Below are positions 37,515-51,899 of a DNA stretch of 64,000 nt, piece after piece. The position numbers and the translations under genes were made by a program. Every line of letters begins with the position of its first letter. Within the stretch, counting starts at the first letter, position 1. The DNA is from Squalus acanthias (lineage: Eukaryota), in contig JASTWF010000363.1 of assembly GCA_030390025.1 (NCBI GenBank), positions 1 through 64,000 of the forward strand, written 5' to 3'. The notes below the pieces were generated by a model. That model did not search any database. It had not been told where the DNA came from and saw nothing but the letters and a program-made list of their open reading frames with translations.

Positions 37515-40500
37515 AGAACATAAGAAATAAGAGCAGGAGTAGGCCATACGGCCCCTCGAGCCTGCTCCGCAATTCAATAAGATTATGGCTGATCATTGAC
37601 CTCAACTCCACTTTCCTGCCCGATCTCCATATCCCTTGATTCTCCTAGAGTCCAAAAATCTATCTATCTCAGCCTTGAATTTACTGAAAGACTCAGCATT
37701 CACAGCCCTCTGGGGCAGAGAATTCTAAAGATTCACAACCCTCTGAGTGAAGAAATTCCTCCTCATCTCAGTCTTAAATGGCCTACCCCGTATCCTGAGA
37801 CTATGCCCCCTAGTTCTAGACACTCCAGCCAGGGGAAACAACCTCTCAGCATCTACCCTGTCAATCCCCTTCAGAATCTTGTATGTTTCAATGAGATCAT
37901 CTCTCATTCTTCTAAACTTGAGAGAGTATAGGCCCATTCTACACAATCTCTCATCATAGGACAGCCCTCTCATCCCAGGAATCAATCCAGTGAACCTTCG
38001 TTGCACCGCCTCCAAGGCAAGTATATCCTTCCTTAGATAAGGAGACCAAAACTGTGTACAGTACTCTAGGTGTGGTCTCACCAAGGCCCTGTACAATTGT
38101 AGCAAGACTTCCTTACTCTTATACTCCAACCCCCTTGCAATAAAGGCCAACATGCCATTTGCCTTCCTTATTGCTTGCTGTACCTCCATGATAGCTTTCT
38201 GTGTTTGTTGCACAAGGACACCCAAATCTCTCTGAACACCAACATTTGAAAGTTTCTCACCATTTAAAAAATATTCTGTTTTTCTATTCTTCCTACCAAA
38301 GTGAATAACCTCACATTTCCCTACACTATACTCCATCTGCCACCTTACTGCCCACTCACTTAGTCTATCTATATCCCTTTGCAAACTCTTTGTGTTCTTC
38401 TCACAGCTTACTGTCCCACCTAGCTTTGTATCATCAGCAAACTTGGATACATTACACTCGGTCCCTTCATCTAGGTCATTAATATAGATTGTAAATAGCT
38501 GAGGCCCCAACACTGATCCTTGCGGCACCCCACTAGTTACAGCCTGCCAACCTGAAAAAGATCTATTTATCCCTACTCTCTGTTTTCTGTCCGTTAACCA
38601 ATCCTCTATCCATGCTACTATATTACTCCCAACCCCATGAGCCCTAATAACCTTTTATGTAGCACGTTATCGAATGCCTTTTGGAAATCCAAATATACTA
38701 TGTCCACTGGTTCTCTTTTATCTACCCTGCTAGTTACATCCTCAAAAAACTCTAATAAATTTGTCAAACACGATTTCCCTTTCATAAAACCATGTTGACT
38801 CTGCCTAATTATGTTATGATTTTCTAAGTGACTTGATACCTCTTACTTAACAATGGATTCCAGCATTTTCCCGACGGCTGATGTCAGGCTAACTGGCCTG
38901 TAGTTCCCTGTTTTTTCTCTCCCTCCTTTCTTGAATAGCAGTGTTACATTTGCGACCTTCCAATCCACTGGGACCATTCCAGAATCTAGGGAATTTTGGA
39001 AGATCAAAACCAATGCATCCACTATCTCTTCAGCCACCTCTTTTAGAACTCTAGGATGTAGTCCATCAGGTCCAGGGGATTTGTTGGCTTTTAGTCCCAT
39101 TAGTTTCTCCAATACTTTTCCTCTACTTACATTAATTATGTTAAGGTCCTCACCCCCATTAGACCCTTGGTTCCCCACCATTTTTGGTATGCCTTTTGTG
39201 TCTTGTACTGTGAAGACAGATACAAAATATTTGTTTAACATTTCTGCCATTTTCTTATTCCCCATAATAATTTCTCCTGTCTCAGCCTCTGAGGGACCAA
39301 TGTTTACTTTTGCTACTCTTTTCCTTTTTACATACTTGTAGAAACTCTTACAATCTGCTTTTATATTTCTTGCTAGTTTTCTCTCATTCTATTTTTTCCC
39401 TTTTTATCAATTTTTTGGTCACCCTTTGCTGGTTTCTGAAACTCTCCTAATCCTCAGGCTTACTATTATTATTTGCAACATTATAAGCTTCCTCTTTCAA
39501 TCTAATGCTCTCCTTAACTTCTTTAGTTAGCCACGGTTGGATCACTTTTCCTGTGGAGTTTTTGTTTCTCAGTGGAATGTATTTTTGTTGAGAATTACAA
39601 AATATTTCTTTAATGCTAGCCACTGCTTATCTACCGCCATACCTTTTAATCTATTTTGCCAATCTAGCTTAGCCAACTCGCCCCTCATACCTATGTAATT
39701 GACTTTATTTAAGTTTAAGACTCGAGTTTCAGACTTAGGCAAGTCACTATCAGAATTAATGTGAAATTCTATCATTTTATGATCACTCTGCCCCAGAGGA
39801 TCCTTTACTATGAGATTGCTAATTAACCCAGTCTCATTACACAATACAAGATCTAAAATAGCCTGTTCCCTGGTTGGTTCCATGACATATTATTCTAGGA
39901 AACTGTCCCGAATGCATTCCATGAACTCGTCCTCCAGACCACCTTTGCCAATTTGATTTGTCCAGATTAAAGTCCCCCAAGATTATTGCATTACCTTTGT
40001 TGCAAGCTCCTACTATTTCTTGATTAATATTCTGTCCAATGGTACAGCTACTGTTAGAGGGCCAATATATTACTCCTACCAGTGTTTTCTGCCCCTTGTT
40101 ATTCCTTATCTCCACTCATACTGATTCTACTTCCTGATCTTCCAAGTCGAGATCATTTGTCGCTACTGTCCTGATGTCATCCTTTATTATCAGGGCTACT
40201 CCCCCTCCTTTTCCATTCTGCCTGTCTTTTCGAAACGTCAAGTACCCTGGAACATTTAGTTCCCAACCTTGGGCACCTTGCAACCATGTCTCTGTAATGG
40301 CTATTAGATCAAACCCATTTATCTCTATTTGTGCCAGTAGTTCATCCAGCTTGTTATGAATGCTTCGTGCATTCAGATAAAGAGCCTTTAATTTAAAATT
40401 TTTATCATTATTCCCTGCTTTGACCTTATTCTCTGCTGCTCTGCTACCATTAAACTCTCTGTCCCTTCCTGTCACACTCTACTTATTTTTACCCAAATCG

Positions 40501-40580
40501 CTACACTGCTCTATTGCCTTGATCTTTCTCTTTAGATTTCTATATTTCCCCTCACCTGACCCCCCCCCACCTTTTTAGTT
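37515..40580 (-). mobile_element. CR1 LINE, nearly complete ORF2 (endonuclease + RT), disrupted
   Basis: ORFs 40116..40475, 39569..39883, 38843..39265 and 37725..38528 are collinear. AGAACATAAGAAATA tail. Confidence 0.94.
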
Positions 40581-40717
40581 CTAAGAGTTTATTACTGTCT
40601 TTGCCCCTTTGTAAGTATTTTAGGCTACTTAGTATTTTAATATGTTTGCCATTCATCACCTGACAACTGGACTTTCCTCTTTCTCTCCCAGACAGCTTTA
40701 AACTAATTTGACCATAT

Positions 40718-41200
40718 CCTGACTCGCACCATGTCCCGTTCACCCATCACCCCTGTACTCACTGACCTACATTGGTTCCTGATCCAGCAATGCCTCGATT
40801 TTAAAATTCTCATCCTTGTTTTTAAATCCCTCCGTGGTCTTGTCCCTCCCTATCTCTGTAGCCTCCTCCAGCCCTACAACCCTCCGAGATCTCTGTGTGC
40901 CTCCAATTCTGGTCTCTTGTGCATCCCCAATTTTCATCGCTCCACCAGTGGCGGCTGTGCCTTCAGGTGCCCAGGCCCTAAGCTCCGGAATTCCCTCCCT
41001 AAACCTCTCCGCCTCTCTCCCTCTCCCTCCTTTTTTAAAATGCTCTGGAAAATCTACCTCTTTGACCACACTTTTTGTCACCTGTCTTAATGTCTCCTTA
41101 TGTGGCTTGGTGTCAAATCTTGTTTTTATAACACTCCTGTGAAGTGCCTTGGAATGTTTTACTACATTACATACATTACATACATTGATTGTTGTTGTAT
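40718..41200 (+). mobile_element. L2 LINE 3' fragment
   Basis: SRSPITPVLTDLHWFLIQQCLDFKILILVFKSL. Reverse-complement similarity to 23945-24390. Confidence 0.85.
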
Positions 41201-41457
41201 ATGAGGGCTTCAAACATATTGGGGTAGATCTCGACTTTGTGCAATAGTGTAAAACGGGTGATAGCGAGTCGGCAGCCCGTTTTACATCTCTCCTGATTTT
41301 TATTTCCATCAATGGCTTCCATTCAGCACACCTGGAGAAGTAAATGTTTGAGGGAGAGTTATTACTGGGAGCCAGCTGAAGAGCAGCCATGTGCAACATA
41401 AGTGTTTATTAAAGAGACCATACGCCAGAATTAAAAGTCACTGATTTGTATTGATAA

Positions 41458-41568
<111 letters not shown>

Positions 41569-41818
41569 TAAAACATATCGCTATAAGTAAGACAGCAGGT
41601 GTTATTTTGATGTGCTACAGGTGCCCGCTAGCCCCATGCAATGAATTGCACTCGAACTGACCCCACATACACTGGAGGGCACTGGAGATCCAGATGTAAC
41701 TGCTGGGATTGTGCCCCACATTAATTCAGGGACATAATGTTTTTTTAACAATCACAGTGTAAACTTTTGTTCTCTTTTCCTCCTCCTCTACCCACTCACC
41801 CCACCCCCCGCCCCCCAG

Positions 41819-41938
41819 GGCTTGGCTCTGAACCCAAGTGATGCCTGGTCTGTTCATTCCCTTGCACATGTATATGAGATGCGCGCTGATGCGGACGCTG
41901 GATTAAAGTTTATGAAGCAGACGGAAAACAACTGGAAG
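41819..41938 (+). CDS. TTC38: TTC38 coding exon 7 (GLALNPSDAWSVHSLAHVYEM...ENNWK)
   Basis: cag / gtaaac, 120 nt. Confidence 0.97.
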
Positions 41939-42563
41939 GTAAACCTAAGAAAGACAAGCGAAGATAAGTGGTTCCTGACCAACCCCGTTAAAGGCCATAA
42001 ATGTAATTAGGACAGCAGACTGGTACAGCAACACACAGCGCCATAGGAATTGAAGGGTACAGGTTGAATTCCACTGATTTCTGCTCTGCTGTAGGGAGGT
42101 TGCTTGTCTCCATTCAGTCTTCCCACAGGTCGGGAGCAGAGGGAACATTGGAGGGAAAGCTGTCATCACTGGGTTTCTGTTATATATTCTATACTAGATG
42201 GAGACGGACTGGGAAGCAGATTTCCTGCCTTCCTTTGCAGCCTTAATTGCCGGTGTCTTGGCGGGAAAAATAGGGGAAGGGATTTTGTTCCCCCATTTGT
42301 ATTTTTTTTTTAAAAAGGTGCTAAATAGGTGAATAAATGTCTGTTAGCATTCAGTTGAGTGATAAACTTTACTGTTGTGAAATCTTGATTCTGTTATCAG
42401 TACAATAACTATTAGGGTTAGATGAGATACAGAAAATCTGAGATGAAGTGAACCAGTACCAATTTTGAACAACTGCTAGCTCAAGATTAACTCTGCCAGA
42501 GGGATGGGAATAGGTGGCCTGTCTGCAGTCAGTCAGGGAATGGTGCAAAAGGGCAGAAAATAA

Positions 42564-42659
<96 letters not shown>

Positions 42660-44340
42660 TGATTTGGACCCTTGCACCTTCACATGCTTGCTTGCATCTG
42701 TTAATCATCATGTTACAGTTATATACACAGTTTGACCTTCAAGTATAAAGTCATTGCAAGCTGTCCCACTGGATCGAAGGACCCTGTACTTCCTCCATGC
42801 TGGAATCTACACCAGTGAACATGTTATGCTGTCACTGACAGGAGCAGAACTGATCTGACAATATGAAAATAGCTTGACAATTTTTTTTACAAGAGGAGAT
42901 TGAGTGGTGCAGTGAGTTCCGCTGAAAGGCAGTTTTCTTCCTGGGTGGAAAGTCAGCATAAGGTTCGTGGGGCTGGAACTCTGCCCATCTCAGTGGCTGT
43001 CCTTGAACCCAGTCGATTTCCCGGAGACAGTCATTTAAATATCTTAGTCAGACTCCCAGCGGGATTCCCACCTGCATTGGGGAGGGCGGGCTGCCTCTTT
43101 GGGGACTGGAGGAATGCTGTGGCACCCTTGGGTGCCTACTGCAACGTTTCTGGGTTGGTTGCTTCCAGGGCAGCTGAAGAGGAGCCTCAATCTTTTATAA
43201 ATAACATTTTTTAAATTGCAATGGATTACATTTCCTTGGCGATTTTAAAAATTAGGACCCTGCTCATGCCATGCTATAGCAGCATTGTGCTCCAGGAACA
43301 AGTGTTCCCAGCACCCAATGTTGCTATGGGGAAAATGATGGTAAGTACATGACATTACTTATTCTTGTAATTTATTTATAATTACAGTACGCCTGCCCAT
43401 ATTAGGGTTTCTTGCAGGAAATCCCAGAAGTGGGTGGTGGCGGATGGGGATCTAGTGGAATGATTCCCTGTCCAATTTTTCTTCCCTGCCTTTCCTGTTT
43501 AGCAGTACAACCCAATAGGGAATTGGGCCCTTGACTGTTTATTTCTATACCTGGGTTTAAATCCGACTCAAATTGGATGATAATCTCATCGGTCAGTTGG
43601 CTGTAAGGCCCATGCATGCGATGATTTTGGTCTGCCTCAAAACCAGCTCGTAACCAGCATGGAATCGCAGCAAAAACAATTGCCCCGAATTTGGCACTAA
43701 TTGGACAAAATAAAATGGGCAATATGCTGCTTACTGATACAAAAGCTTCTCCAGGTAATAGGAACAGACAAATATTGAGGAATAAAGGGCTATAGGGATC
43801 TGGCTGGCTGGTCCTAGATTTGTTGGTTCTAAATGATGATGATTTATGAAGTCAGTCTCACTCGAGGACAAATTTTGCGAGGCTCCTTGCCGCTGGCAGG
43901 GCCTCATACACAGCCGATGGGGAGAGAGTTCACGACTTTCTGTCCATTGATTGCAATGGATGGAAAGATACGGGCAAAGTGCCTGTGATCTTGCGATCTC
44001 TGCCAGCTGTGTGCCAGCTCCCACTGGCAGAGCAGGGTTTTGCAAAATTTAATGCATTCAATGAAATCTATCAAAAGGAAATGAATTAGGGCCAGACTGG
44101 ATCAATTTCCCAGTGAGTGGATACAAAAGCACAAAACTATCTGGTATCACATAGAGGGGCAGAAGAAGTAAGAATGTCACACTGGTGAAGTAAGGAATGC
44201 TTTCTGAAGGTGAGTTTTAGACATGTTGAATGAGATTCAGTCCATAGCTGGATTGTACTTTATCTGATCTGGGCAGTACTTCACCTGACCTTGGATGCTT
44301 GATATCAGCAGTCATTACCCTGAACCCCTCAACTGTGTTT

Positions 44341-45033
44341 AGAACATAAGAACATAAGAAATAGGAGCAGGAGTAGGCCAATTGGCCCCTCGAGCCTGCT
44401 CCGCCATTCAATAAGATCATGGCTGATCTGATCCTAACCGCCAATCTACTATCACAGAACCATCTCCTGAACCTAACAGAATTGGACACACGAAATAGGA
44501 GCAGGATCAGGCTACATGGCCCCTGGGCCCGTTATGCTACCCACAGGGCCATGACCGATCCGAACCTAGACTCATGTCCAAATTCCTGCCCGCTCCCCGT
44601 AACCCTTAATTCCCTTTACTTCTAGGAAACTGTCTATTTCTGTTTTAAATTTATGTAATGATGTAGCTTCTACAGCTTTTTGGGGCAGCATATTCCATGG
44701 ACCTACCACCCTCTGAGTGAAGTAGTTCCTTCTCATCTCAGTTTTGAAAGAGCAGCCCCTTATTCTAAGACTATGCCCCCTAGTTCTAGTTTCACCCATC
44801 ATCGGGAACATCCTCCCCGCATCCACCCGATCCAACCCCTTCACAATCTTATATGTTTCAATAAGATCGCCTCTCATTCTTCTGAACTCCAATGAGTAGA
44901 GTCCCAATCTACCCAACCTCTCCTCATATGTCCATCCCCTCATCCCCGGGATTAACCGAGTGAACCTTCTTTGTACTGACTCGAGAGCAAGTATGTCTTT
45001 TCTTAAGTATGGACACCAAAACTGTATGCAGTA
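44341..45033 (-). mobile_element. CR1 3' fragment with a doubled 3' end
   Basis: ORF 44572..44943. Two GAAATAGGAGCAGGA tail motifs (~44358 and ~44492). Confidence 0.88.
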
Positions 45034-45097
45034 TGCAGTTTACATCCTTATTCCTAGATAATGTTTGCTTCTTATTGATAGTGTTCTTCTCACACAG

Positions 45098-45136
45098 GGT
45101 GAATATGAAGCAGCACTCACACTCTATGATGCTCAT
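45098..45136 (+). CDS. TTC38: TTC38 coding exon 9 (GEYEAALTLYDAH)
   Basis: cacag / gtaag, 39 nt. Confidence 0.96.
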
Positions 45137-48100
45137 GTAAGTATAAACTAGCTGAGATGTACTTCATAACAGAAGTCCATTGTACAGAGGGTGTAGGTTT
45201 TCTGATTTTTTTTCCCATTCATTTGATTTCAGGGATGAGTTCGGGGTCAATGTCTTGAAGTTGAATATTTCAGTATTTTAGTGTTTGCACTGTGCCTGGA
45301 ACACGTGCTGTTCAAAGGGTATTTTACTGACATTGTACCCTACTGCTCTATTAACTGTGGAAACTATGATGAATCAAAGTTGTCTGCACACTGACACTTT
45401 CTGCCTCTCACATTACACAAGTGCAGCATTGTTCAAGGGAAGAGTACTTAGCAGTTCCCTCTCTATTTTCTCAGATCTTTGTACCTTTAGGTGCATGTTG
45501 CTATTTAGCAGCAAGGACTGATGTGTGTCACATAAAAAGAGTCGAGTTCTTTGAAGAGCCCCTGTGGCAATTGCCTTTTTTTACTCCTCCACTGCACCTG
45601 GGGAATTGGTGCCGACCAGGCTGTCATGAGGTCTCTGCCCCCAGTGCATTACCCCAGGGTTTCCTGGAGCTTCCCCAGTGGATGTAGGTGGGTCTACACC
45701 TGTAGTAGGAGCAGGTCTACTGTTAGGATGATAATGAAGTGTGGGAGTTGGGTGCTCAGCCAGAGGATCTACTGGGGTCACAAGGGTGGAATGAAGACTG
45801 CTGGTAGACAGATAGGTACTCCTGTGTAATCCTCCCACAATCCCCCTGATCCCTGCCCCCAGGATGAGCTAAGTCATGTGAGGCATTCAGTCCCAGGAGA
45901 AGGCCCCAGTGTTGATGGGCAGGGTTGTATTTTCTCAGGCCCACAGCTGAGCTTTCATTTCCTCCCTGATTTTAGGCATAATGCCCAGCCAGAGCGCACC
46001 TGAGATGCTCTCTACCTGTCAGACACCCAGTGCGTGCCCATAGAGGAAAATATACCCACGAATGCTTAAATTGGGTCAATGAAATTAGGACTTTTGGATT
46101 TTGGAGAGAGGGAGCTGAAACATTCAGCATTTATTAAAGATTGCTTTGCATCTATATAATCTAAAGCTGTGTGAAGGAGCTTGAAAGGGTGAACTATTCT
46201 AATTGTAAGAATCGTTACTTATGTGTATTTTTTTCCTTCTGTTGCCACTGATTTCTTTGAAGAGTCTGAGTGGTAATTGTTGTTGTGCTGCCTTTTTTTT
46301 TTACTCCGACTCCCAAAGTGCCTCAATGGGTTTCTGGTAGGAATTTCCCAATTTCTGTTTTGTGATGGACGAGGAGAACCAACAGAGGAATGCCAGAAAG
46401 GTAAAGCTGCACATGAAGCACTGTGCACCATCTCCACTTTCCTGCATTACCCCATATCCCTTGATTCCCTTAATATTCAAAAGTCTATCGATCTCTGTCC
46501 TGAATATACTCAACGACTGAGCCTCCACAGCCCTCTGGGGTAGAGAATTTCAAAGATTCACCACCCTCGGAGTAAAGAGATTTCTTCTCATCTCAGTCCT
46601 AAATGGCCATCCCCTTATTCTGAGACTGTGACCCCTGGTTCTAGACTCCCCAGCCAGGGGAAATGTCCTCCCTGCATCTACCCTGTCAAGTCCTGTAAGA
46701 ATTTTGTATGTTTCAATGAGATCACCTCTCATTCTTCTAAACTCGAGAGAATATAGGCTGAGTCTATTCAATCTCTCCTCATAGGACAATCCCCATAGGA
46801 ACCAGACTGGTGAACCTTCATTGCACTCTCTCTATGGCAAGTATATCCTTCCTTAGATAAGGAGACCAAAACTGTACACAATACTCCAGGTGTGGTCTCA
46901 CCAGGGCCCTATATAATTGCAGTAAGACGTCTTTACTCTTATACTCAAATCCTCTTGTAATAAAGGCCAACATACCATTTGCTTTCCTAATTACTTGCTG
47001 TACCTGCATGTTAACTTTCAGTGATTCGTGTACAAGGACACCCAGGTCCCTCTGAACACCAACATTTCCCAATCTCTCACCATTTAAAAAATACTCTGCT
47101 TTTCTATTTTTCCTACCAAAGTAGATAACTTCACATTTCTCCACATTATATTCCATTTGCCATGCTCTTGCCCACTCACTTAGCCTGTCTATATCCCCTT
47201 GAAGCCTCCTTGCATCCTCCTCACAACTTACATTCCCACCCAGCTTTGTATCATCAGCAAACTTGGATATATTACATTTGGTCCATTCATCCAAATCATT
47301 GATGTAGATTGTGAATAGCTGAGGCCCAAGCACTGATCCTTGCGGTACCCCACTAGTTACAGCCTGCCAACCCGAAAATGACCCGTTTATTCCAACTCTC
47401 TGTTTTCTGTCCGTTAAACAATCCTCAGTCCATGCTAGTATATTACCCTCAATCCCATGAGCCGTAATTTTGTTTACTAACCTCTTGTGTGGCACCATAT
47501 CGAATGCCTTCTGAAAATCCAAATACACCACATCCACTGGTTCCCCCTTATCTATTCTGTTAGTTACAACCTCAAAAAACTCAAATAGATTTGTCAAACA
47601 CGATTTCCCTTTCATAAATCCATGTTGACTCTGCCCAATCCTATTATTATTTTCTAAGTGCCCTGTTACCACGTCCTTAATAATAGATTCTAGCATTTTC
47701 CCTACTACTGATGTCAGGTTCACTGTTTTCTCTCTTCCTCCTTTCTTAAATAGTGGGGTTACATTTTCTACCTTCCAATCCACGGGAACTGTTCTAGAAT
47801 CTATGGAATTTTGGAAAATGACAACCAATGCATCCACTTTCTCTATAACCAACTCTTTCAAACCCCTAGGATGTAGGCCATCAGGTTTAGGGGATTTATC
47901 GGCTTTCAGTCCCATTAATTTCTCCAGTACTACTTTTTTACTAATACTAATTTCTTTTAGTTCCTCATTCTTGCTAGACCCTTGGTTCTCCACTATTTCC
48001 GGGAAGATTTTTGCGTCTTCAAAGGGCTGGATTTTGCCAGGCCCGAGGAGGCGGGTTTGGAGGCGTGTGAGGTGTTAAAATTGCAAAAAATGGCGGGCGG

Positions 48101-48550
48101 CTCTGATCCCACCTCCAGCCAGCCTCTGATCAATTTTCCCAAAAGCGGCCTTTCAGACCCCGTTTCGATCCCACCTCCAAGAGACGGGATAGGCCCTTAA
48201 GGCCCTTAACAAGCACTTAATTGCCTCTATAATGCCATTTTGAGAGGCCTTTCTAACTTTAACACATTTCCCCCGTGCTGCACATCTCCTCTGGAACACG
48301 CCAGTTAATCCTGGCGGCCTCACAAGTGGATGGCTTACTAACAGCTGCAGCTTCACCGTTAAAAAGGAATTTTCAACAATGATCATTTGCAGGTGGCAGA
48401 ACTTTGTTTTCTCAGGTCTGGGAGAACTTTTAGCAGGCCTACTCATTGTGGAAGTTTTGAGGCTGAGATCCATCTCCAGTGTGACCTCCTGGGAAACCCC
48501 TCTCCCCACCTTGATTGAGCGCTTCCTCAACTGAGGTATATACCAGAAGC

Positions 48551-49789
48551 ATGGGAACCATTTATTTCCTTTCCTCCTGGACATCAGTTTCGGATGAAGA
48601 GCAGCCGCGGCAGCAGCTGCACCTGGAACAACAGCAGCACCAACAGCAGGAGCAACAACAGGAGCGCCAAGCTGCTGCTCATCCACCTGAAGAAGCACAG
48701 TCCAGAAGGTGCCAGCGCATGGAAGCACGTTGCCGCAGGAGATACCCCCAAAACAGGGTTTACAGACAGAGGATGAGCTACCTCAACATGACCGAGCAGC
48801 AGTGCCAAAGGAGGCTCAGACTTTCGCGAGAGGTAGTGGGTGACATCTGCGCAATGCTGCAGCAAGACCTGGAGCTCAGAGAAGCGGGTGGACACCCCTT
48901 ACCAGTGGCTGTCAAAGTCACCACCGCACTCAACTTTTTTGCTTCAGGCTCATTCCAGGGATCAACAGCAGACATCAGCGGCATCTCCCAGGCGGGCGCA
49001 CACACTTGCATCACACAGGTAACCGATGCCCTCTTTGCAAACACGCACAATTACATCAACTTCTCCAAGGATCAAGCAAGTGTAACCGCGCGTGCAGTTG
49101 GATTTGCTAATCTGGCAGGCTTTCCAAGGGTGCATGGCGTCGTTGACTGCACACATGTGGCCCTGAAGGCACCCCATCACAATCCAGGTATTTTTGTCAA
49201 CCGCAAGGGCTTCCACCCCCTCAACGTGCAGCTGGTGTGTGACCACAAGAAGGAAATTTTGCATGTTTGCGCCAAGTACCCTGGCACTTGCCATGACTCC
49301 TTCATCCTGCGCCAGTCTAGAGTGCCTCCGCTCTTCAGTCCGCCAGACCAACTTTTCAGATGGCTACTTGGAGACAAGGGCTATCCCCTGAAGAAGTGGC
49401 TAATGACACCATTGAGGAGGCCATCCAACGAAGCTGAGGAGCGCTACAACTTCAGCCATATTTCCACCAGATCCATAATCGAGCAAACCATCAGCTTGCT
49501 GAAGATGCGATTCAGATGCCTTGATAGATCAGGTGGAGCCCTGCAGTACGCAGTAGCCAGGGTTTCCAGAATCGCCATGGTCTGCTGTGCACTTCACAAC
49601 ATGGCACAGCATCGTGGCTTGCAGCTGCCTGAGGTACAAGTGGCTCATTGCATAGCCCCCTCAGATGAGGAGGAGGAGGAGAGCGACAACGAACAGCTTG
49701 CGGAGGCGCATCAACCAGCGGCAGCAGCACGCGAGCACATTGCTGCCCGGGATGCAAGGGACACATTCATCTTGGCCAGATTTGCTTAG
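48551..49789 (+). CDS. Harbinger DDE transposase (HARBI1-like family), open frame, 412 aa from ATG 48551
   Basis: VVDCTHV, CHDS, LLGDKGY and IIEQT catalytic motifs present, no stops. Confidence 0.92.
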   Translation: MGTIYFLSSWTSVSDEEQPRQQLHLEQQQHQQQEQQQERQAAAHPPEEAQSRRCQRMEARCRRRYPQNRVYRQRMSYLNMTEQQCQRRLRLSREVVGDICAMLQQDLELREAGGHPLPVAVKVTTALNFFASGSFQGSTADISGISQAGAHTCITQVTDALFANTHNYINFSKDQASVTARAVGFANLAGFPRVHGVVDCTHVALKAPHHNPGIFVNRKGFHPLNVQLVCDHKKEILHVCAKYPGTCHDSFILRQSRVPPLFSPPDQLFRWLLGDKGYPLKKWLMTPLRRPSNEAEERYNFSHISTRSIIEQTISLLKMRFRCLDRSGGALQYAVARVSRIAMVCCALHNMAQHRGLQLPEVQVAHCIAPSDEEEEESDNEQLAEAHQPAAAAREHIAARDARDTFILARFA

Positions 49790-50047
49790 CCTGCCCAATC
49801 AAACACTTTTGCCTCGCACCTTCTTACCAGAGCATCGACAATGGCCAAGAACCTGCGGATTCCTATCACTCTGACCACCATACTGACAATTGCAAGTCGC
49901 CCTAAGCCCTCAATGTGGAAGTCCCATTTGCGAAATGACACAGCCCACAACTTCAACAGTTTGCCATCAAGTTTTTTTATCGCATAAAGTCACGGATGGC
50001 TTTTCAAAAATAAACACAACAGAACACGCAAGTGACTACCCTTGTGA

Positions 50048-51899
50048 CTACTTGTGCTTTATCTTCCTCTTACGTGTGCTCCTACGTGGTGCTTCCCCTG
50101 TGGCTTCAGCAGATGTGGAGGCCCCTTGCTCACTTTCTTGCTGCTCCTGCCTCGACACCTTTGGTGGGCGTCCTCTGGGGTTGCGAGCCTGTGAGGGCTC
50201 GGCAACCGTCTGCTGCTCCTGCGGCTGTGCAGGGGCTGAGATGCCGATCTCAGTTGGGTGAAGGACTCTGGTGGGGCTCTGACCAAGGGCTCTGCAGTGG
50301 CATGGGAGTGTGAGTGCTTGGAGAGGAGCCCCCACTTCCTTGTTGTCTGCCACCAACATCCCTCTCATGGGTCACCCCACTTCAGAGCTAGCAAGTGGCT
50401 TGACAGCACCTTGCTGCACTTCAGGGGGGCCATGAGGACCCGTTTCTGCACTGGCAGTCCTACTCCGGAGGACTTCCATGAGGCTCTGGTTTCTCTGCTC
50501 AATAGCTGACCATCGCTCCTCCAGAGATGTCAGTCTATTCTGAACAATGACCATGTTTTCAAGACCCTGGCGACTTAGCTCCTCCATGGCCTCCACAAAG
50601 GCTCTGCTCATGTTAGCGATGGACTCCTCCATTTGCTCCACACTCGCAGCGACCCTGGAGACAAAACCTGCCAGAGACTCCTGCACCTGTTCCTGGAGTT
50701 CCAGCACCGCTCTTCTTCTGGATGGACCCGGAGGCACAGGGTCGAGCTGGGAGAGTCCTGCGGCCTCCGGCGAGGACTCTCCACTGCTGTCCCTGTCTCC
50801 ACCATCTGCTGATGCTCACTTGTGATCTGTGATACACCAGGTGACAACTCTACTCGATCTCCCGAAGGTCCCACCGAGGTGTGAGTGTCTGCGCTGGTGC
50901 TGGGTGTGCTGAATTCTGCTGACGCTGCGCCCTCAGAGGTTGCAGCTTCCTCTGAGGATTCTGGGGGATCAGGCTGTTCCTCCTGGACAGTGGGGAGGGG
51001 GGCTGTCGATGGTCCTGTGGGGGAGTAAAGGAAAGAGTTAGACATGTGAGATAAACGTTGCATGCACATTGAATTGTGCAGATGATCATAAGTCAATCTG
51101 TTAGAGCATTAGAATCAATATCAGTCACTGAGAGAGATGAAAAACTATTCTGTCACCAGCTTGCTCTGATGCGCCTGTCTGTCCGTCCCCCACTTGCGCA
51201 TCCTCCTCAACTCCCACGATCTCCAGGGCTGCCTCCTCTGCAGTGGTGAGCTGGGCTATTGAGGGTGGCCCTCCTCCTGTCCTTGCCCTCTCTCTCTTAT
51301 TGTGGGCTCTCTTTTCCTGCAATGAGGGACACAAGTGGAGTTTGAGTGAGAATGAAGGAGTGAGTGTAGAGAATCCATAGCATAGATGCTTAGAAGGACA
51401 CAAAGATGGAGTGAGGTGCCAAGACCAAGGGCCCTCCCTGTGCGTTGTAAGTTGTTATTGCATAACAGTGATAGGGAGTGTGAGGGCTGCATAGTCGAAT
51501 AGTTAAGTGAATGTGAACATACAGAGAGAGAGGGAATGGTTAAGGGTCCAGTGATGTAAGGGTCAAGTGGGATGTGGAGGTGGAGGTTGACAAAGCAGAG
51601 TGCTGGTGATGAGAGGCAATGGGGATCAGATTGAGGGTCATGTGGATGGAATACTCACTTTTCCTGTGCGGAGAAGGTCATGAAACCTCTTTCTGCACTG
51701 CAGCCAGGTTCTGATGCACATTGATAATGGAATTCACCTCCGGTGCCACTTGCAGCCACACAGCTTTGGTCTGTTGGGGAGGCTTTTTCCTCTCTGAAGA
51801 AGGAAACAGCACTTCCTTATTCGCTCTTGCTCCCTCCACCAGAGCTTGGAGGGAGTTCTCATTGAAACGGGGTGCACACTTTGGTCTGCTGCTTGACAT
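50048..51899 (-). pseudogene. H2 Myb/SANT-like ORF2, three exons (51899-51659, 51316-51157, 51014-50048), disrupted
   Basis: RPKCAPRF...W..VA..VN...RTWLQCRKRFHDL motif with GT-AG introns. Frameshifts near 51716 and ~50738, and an in-frame TGA at 50372-50374. Confidence 0.85.

Noticed and set aside
41221..41320. Hairpin TGTAAAACGGG...CCCGTTTTACA as a structured RNA
   Set aside because: It follows a GGGGTAGA terminus-like sequence and is more simply a fragment of a MITE end.
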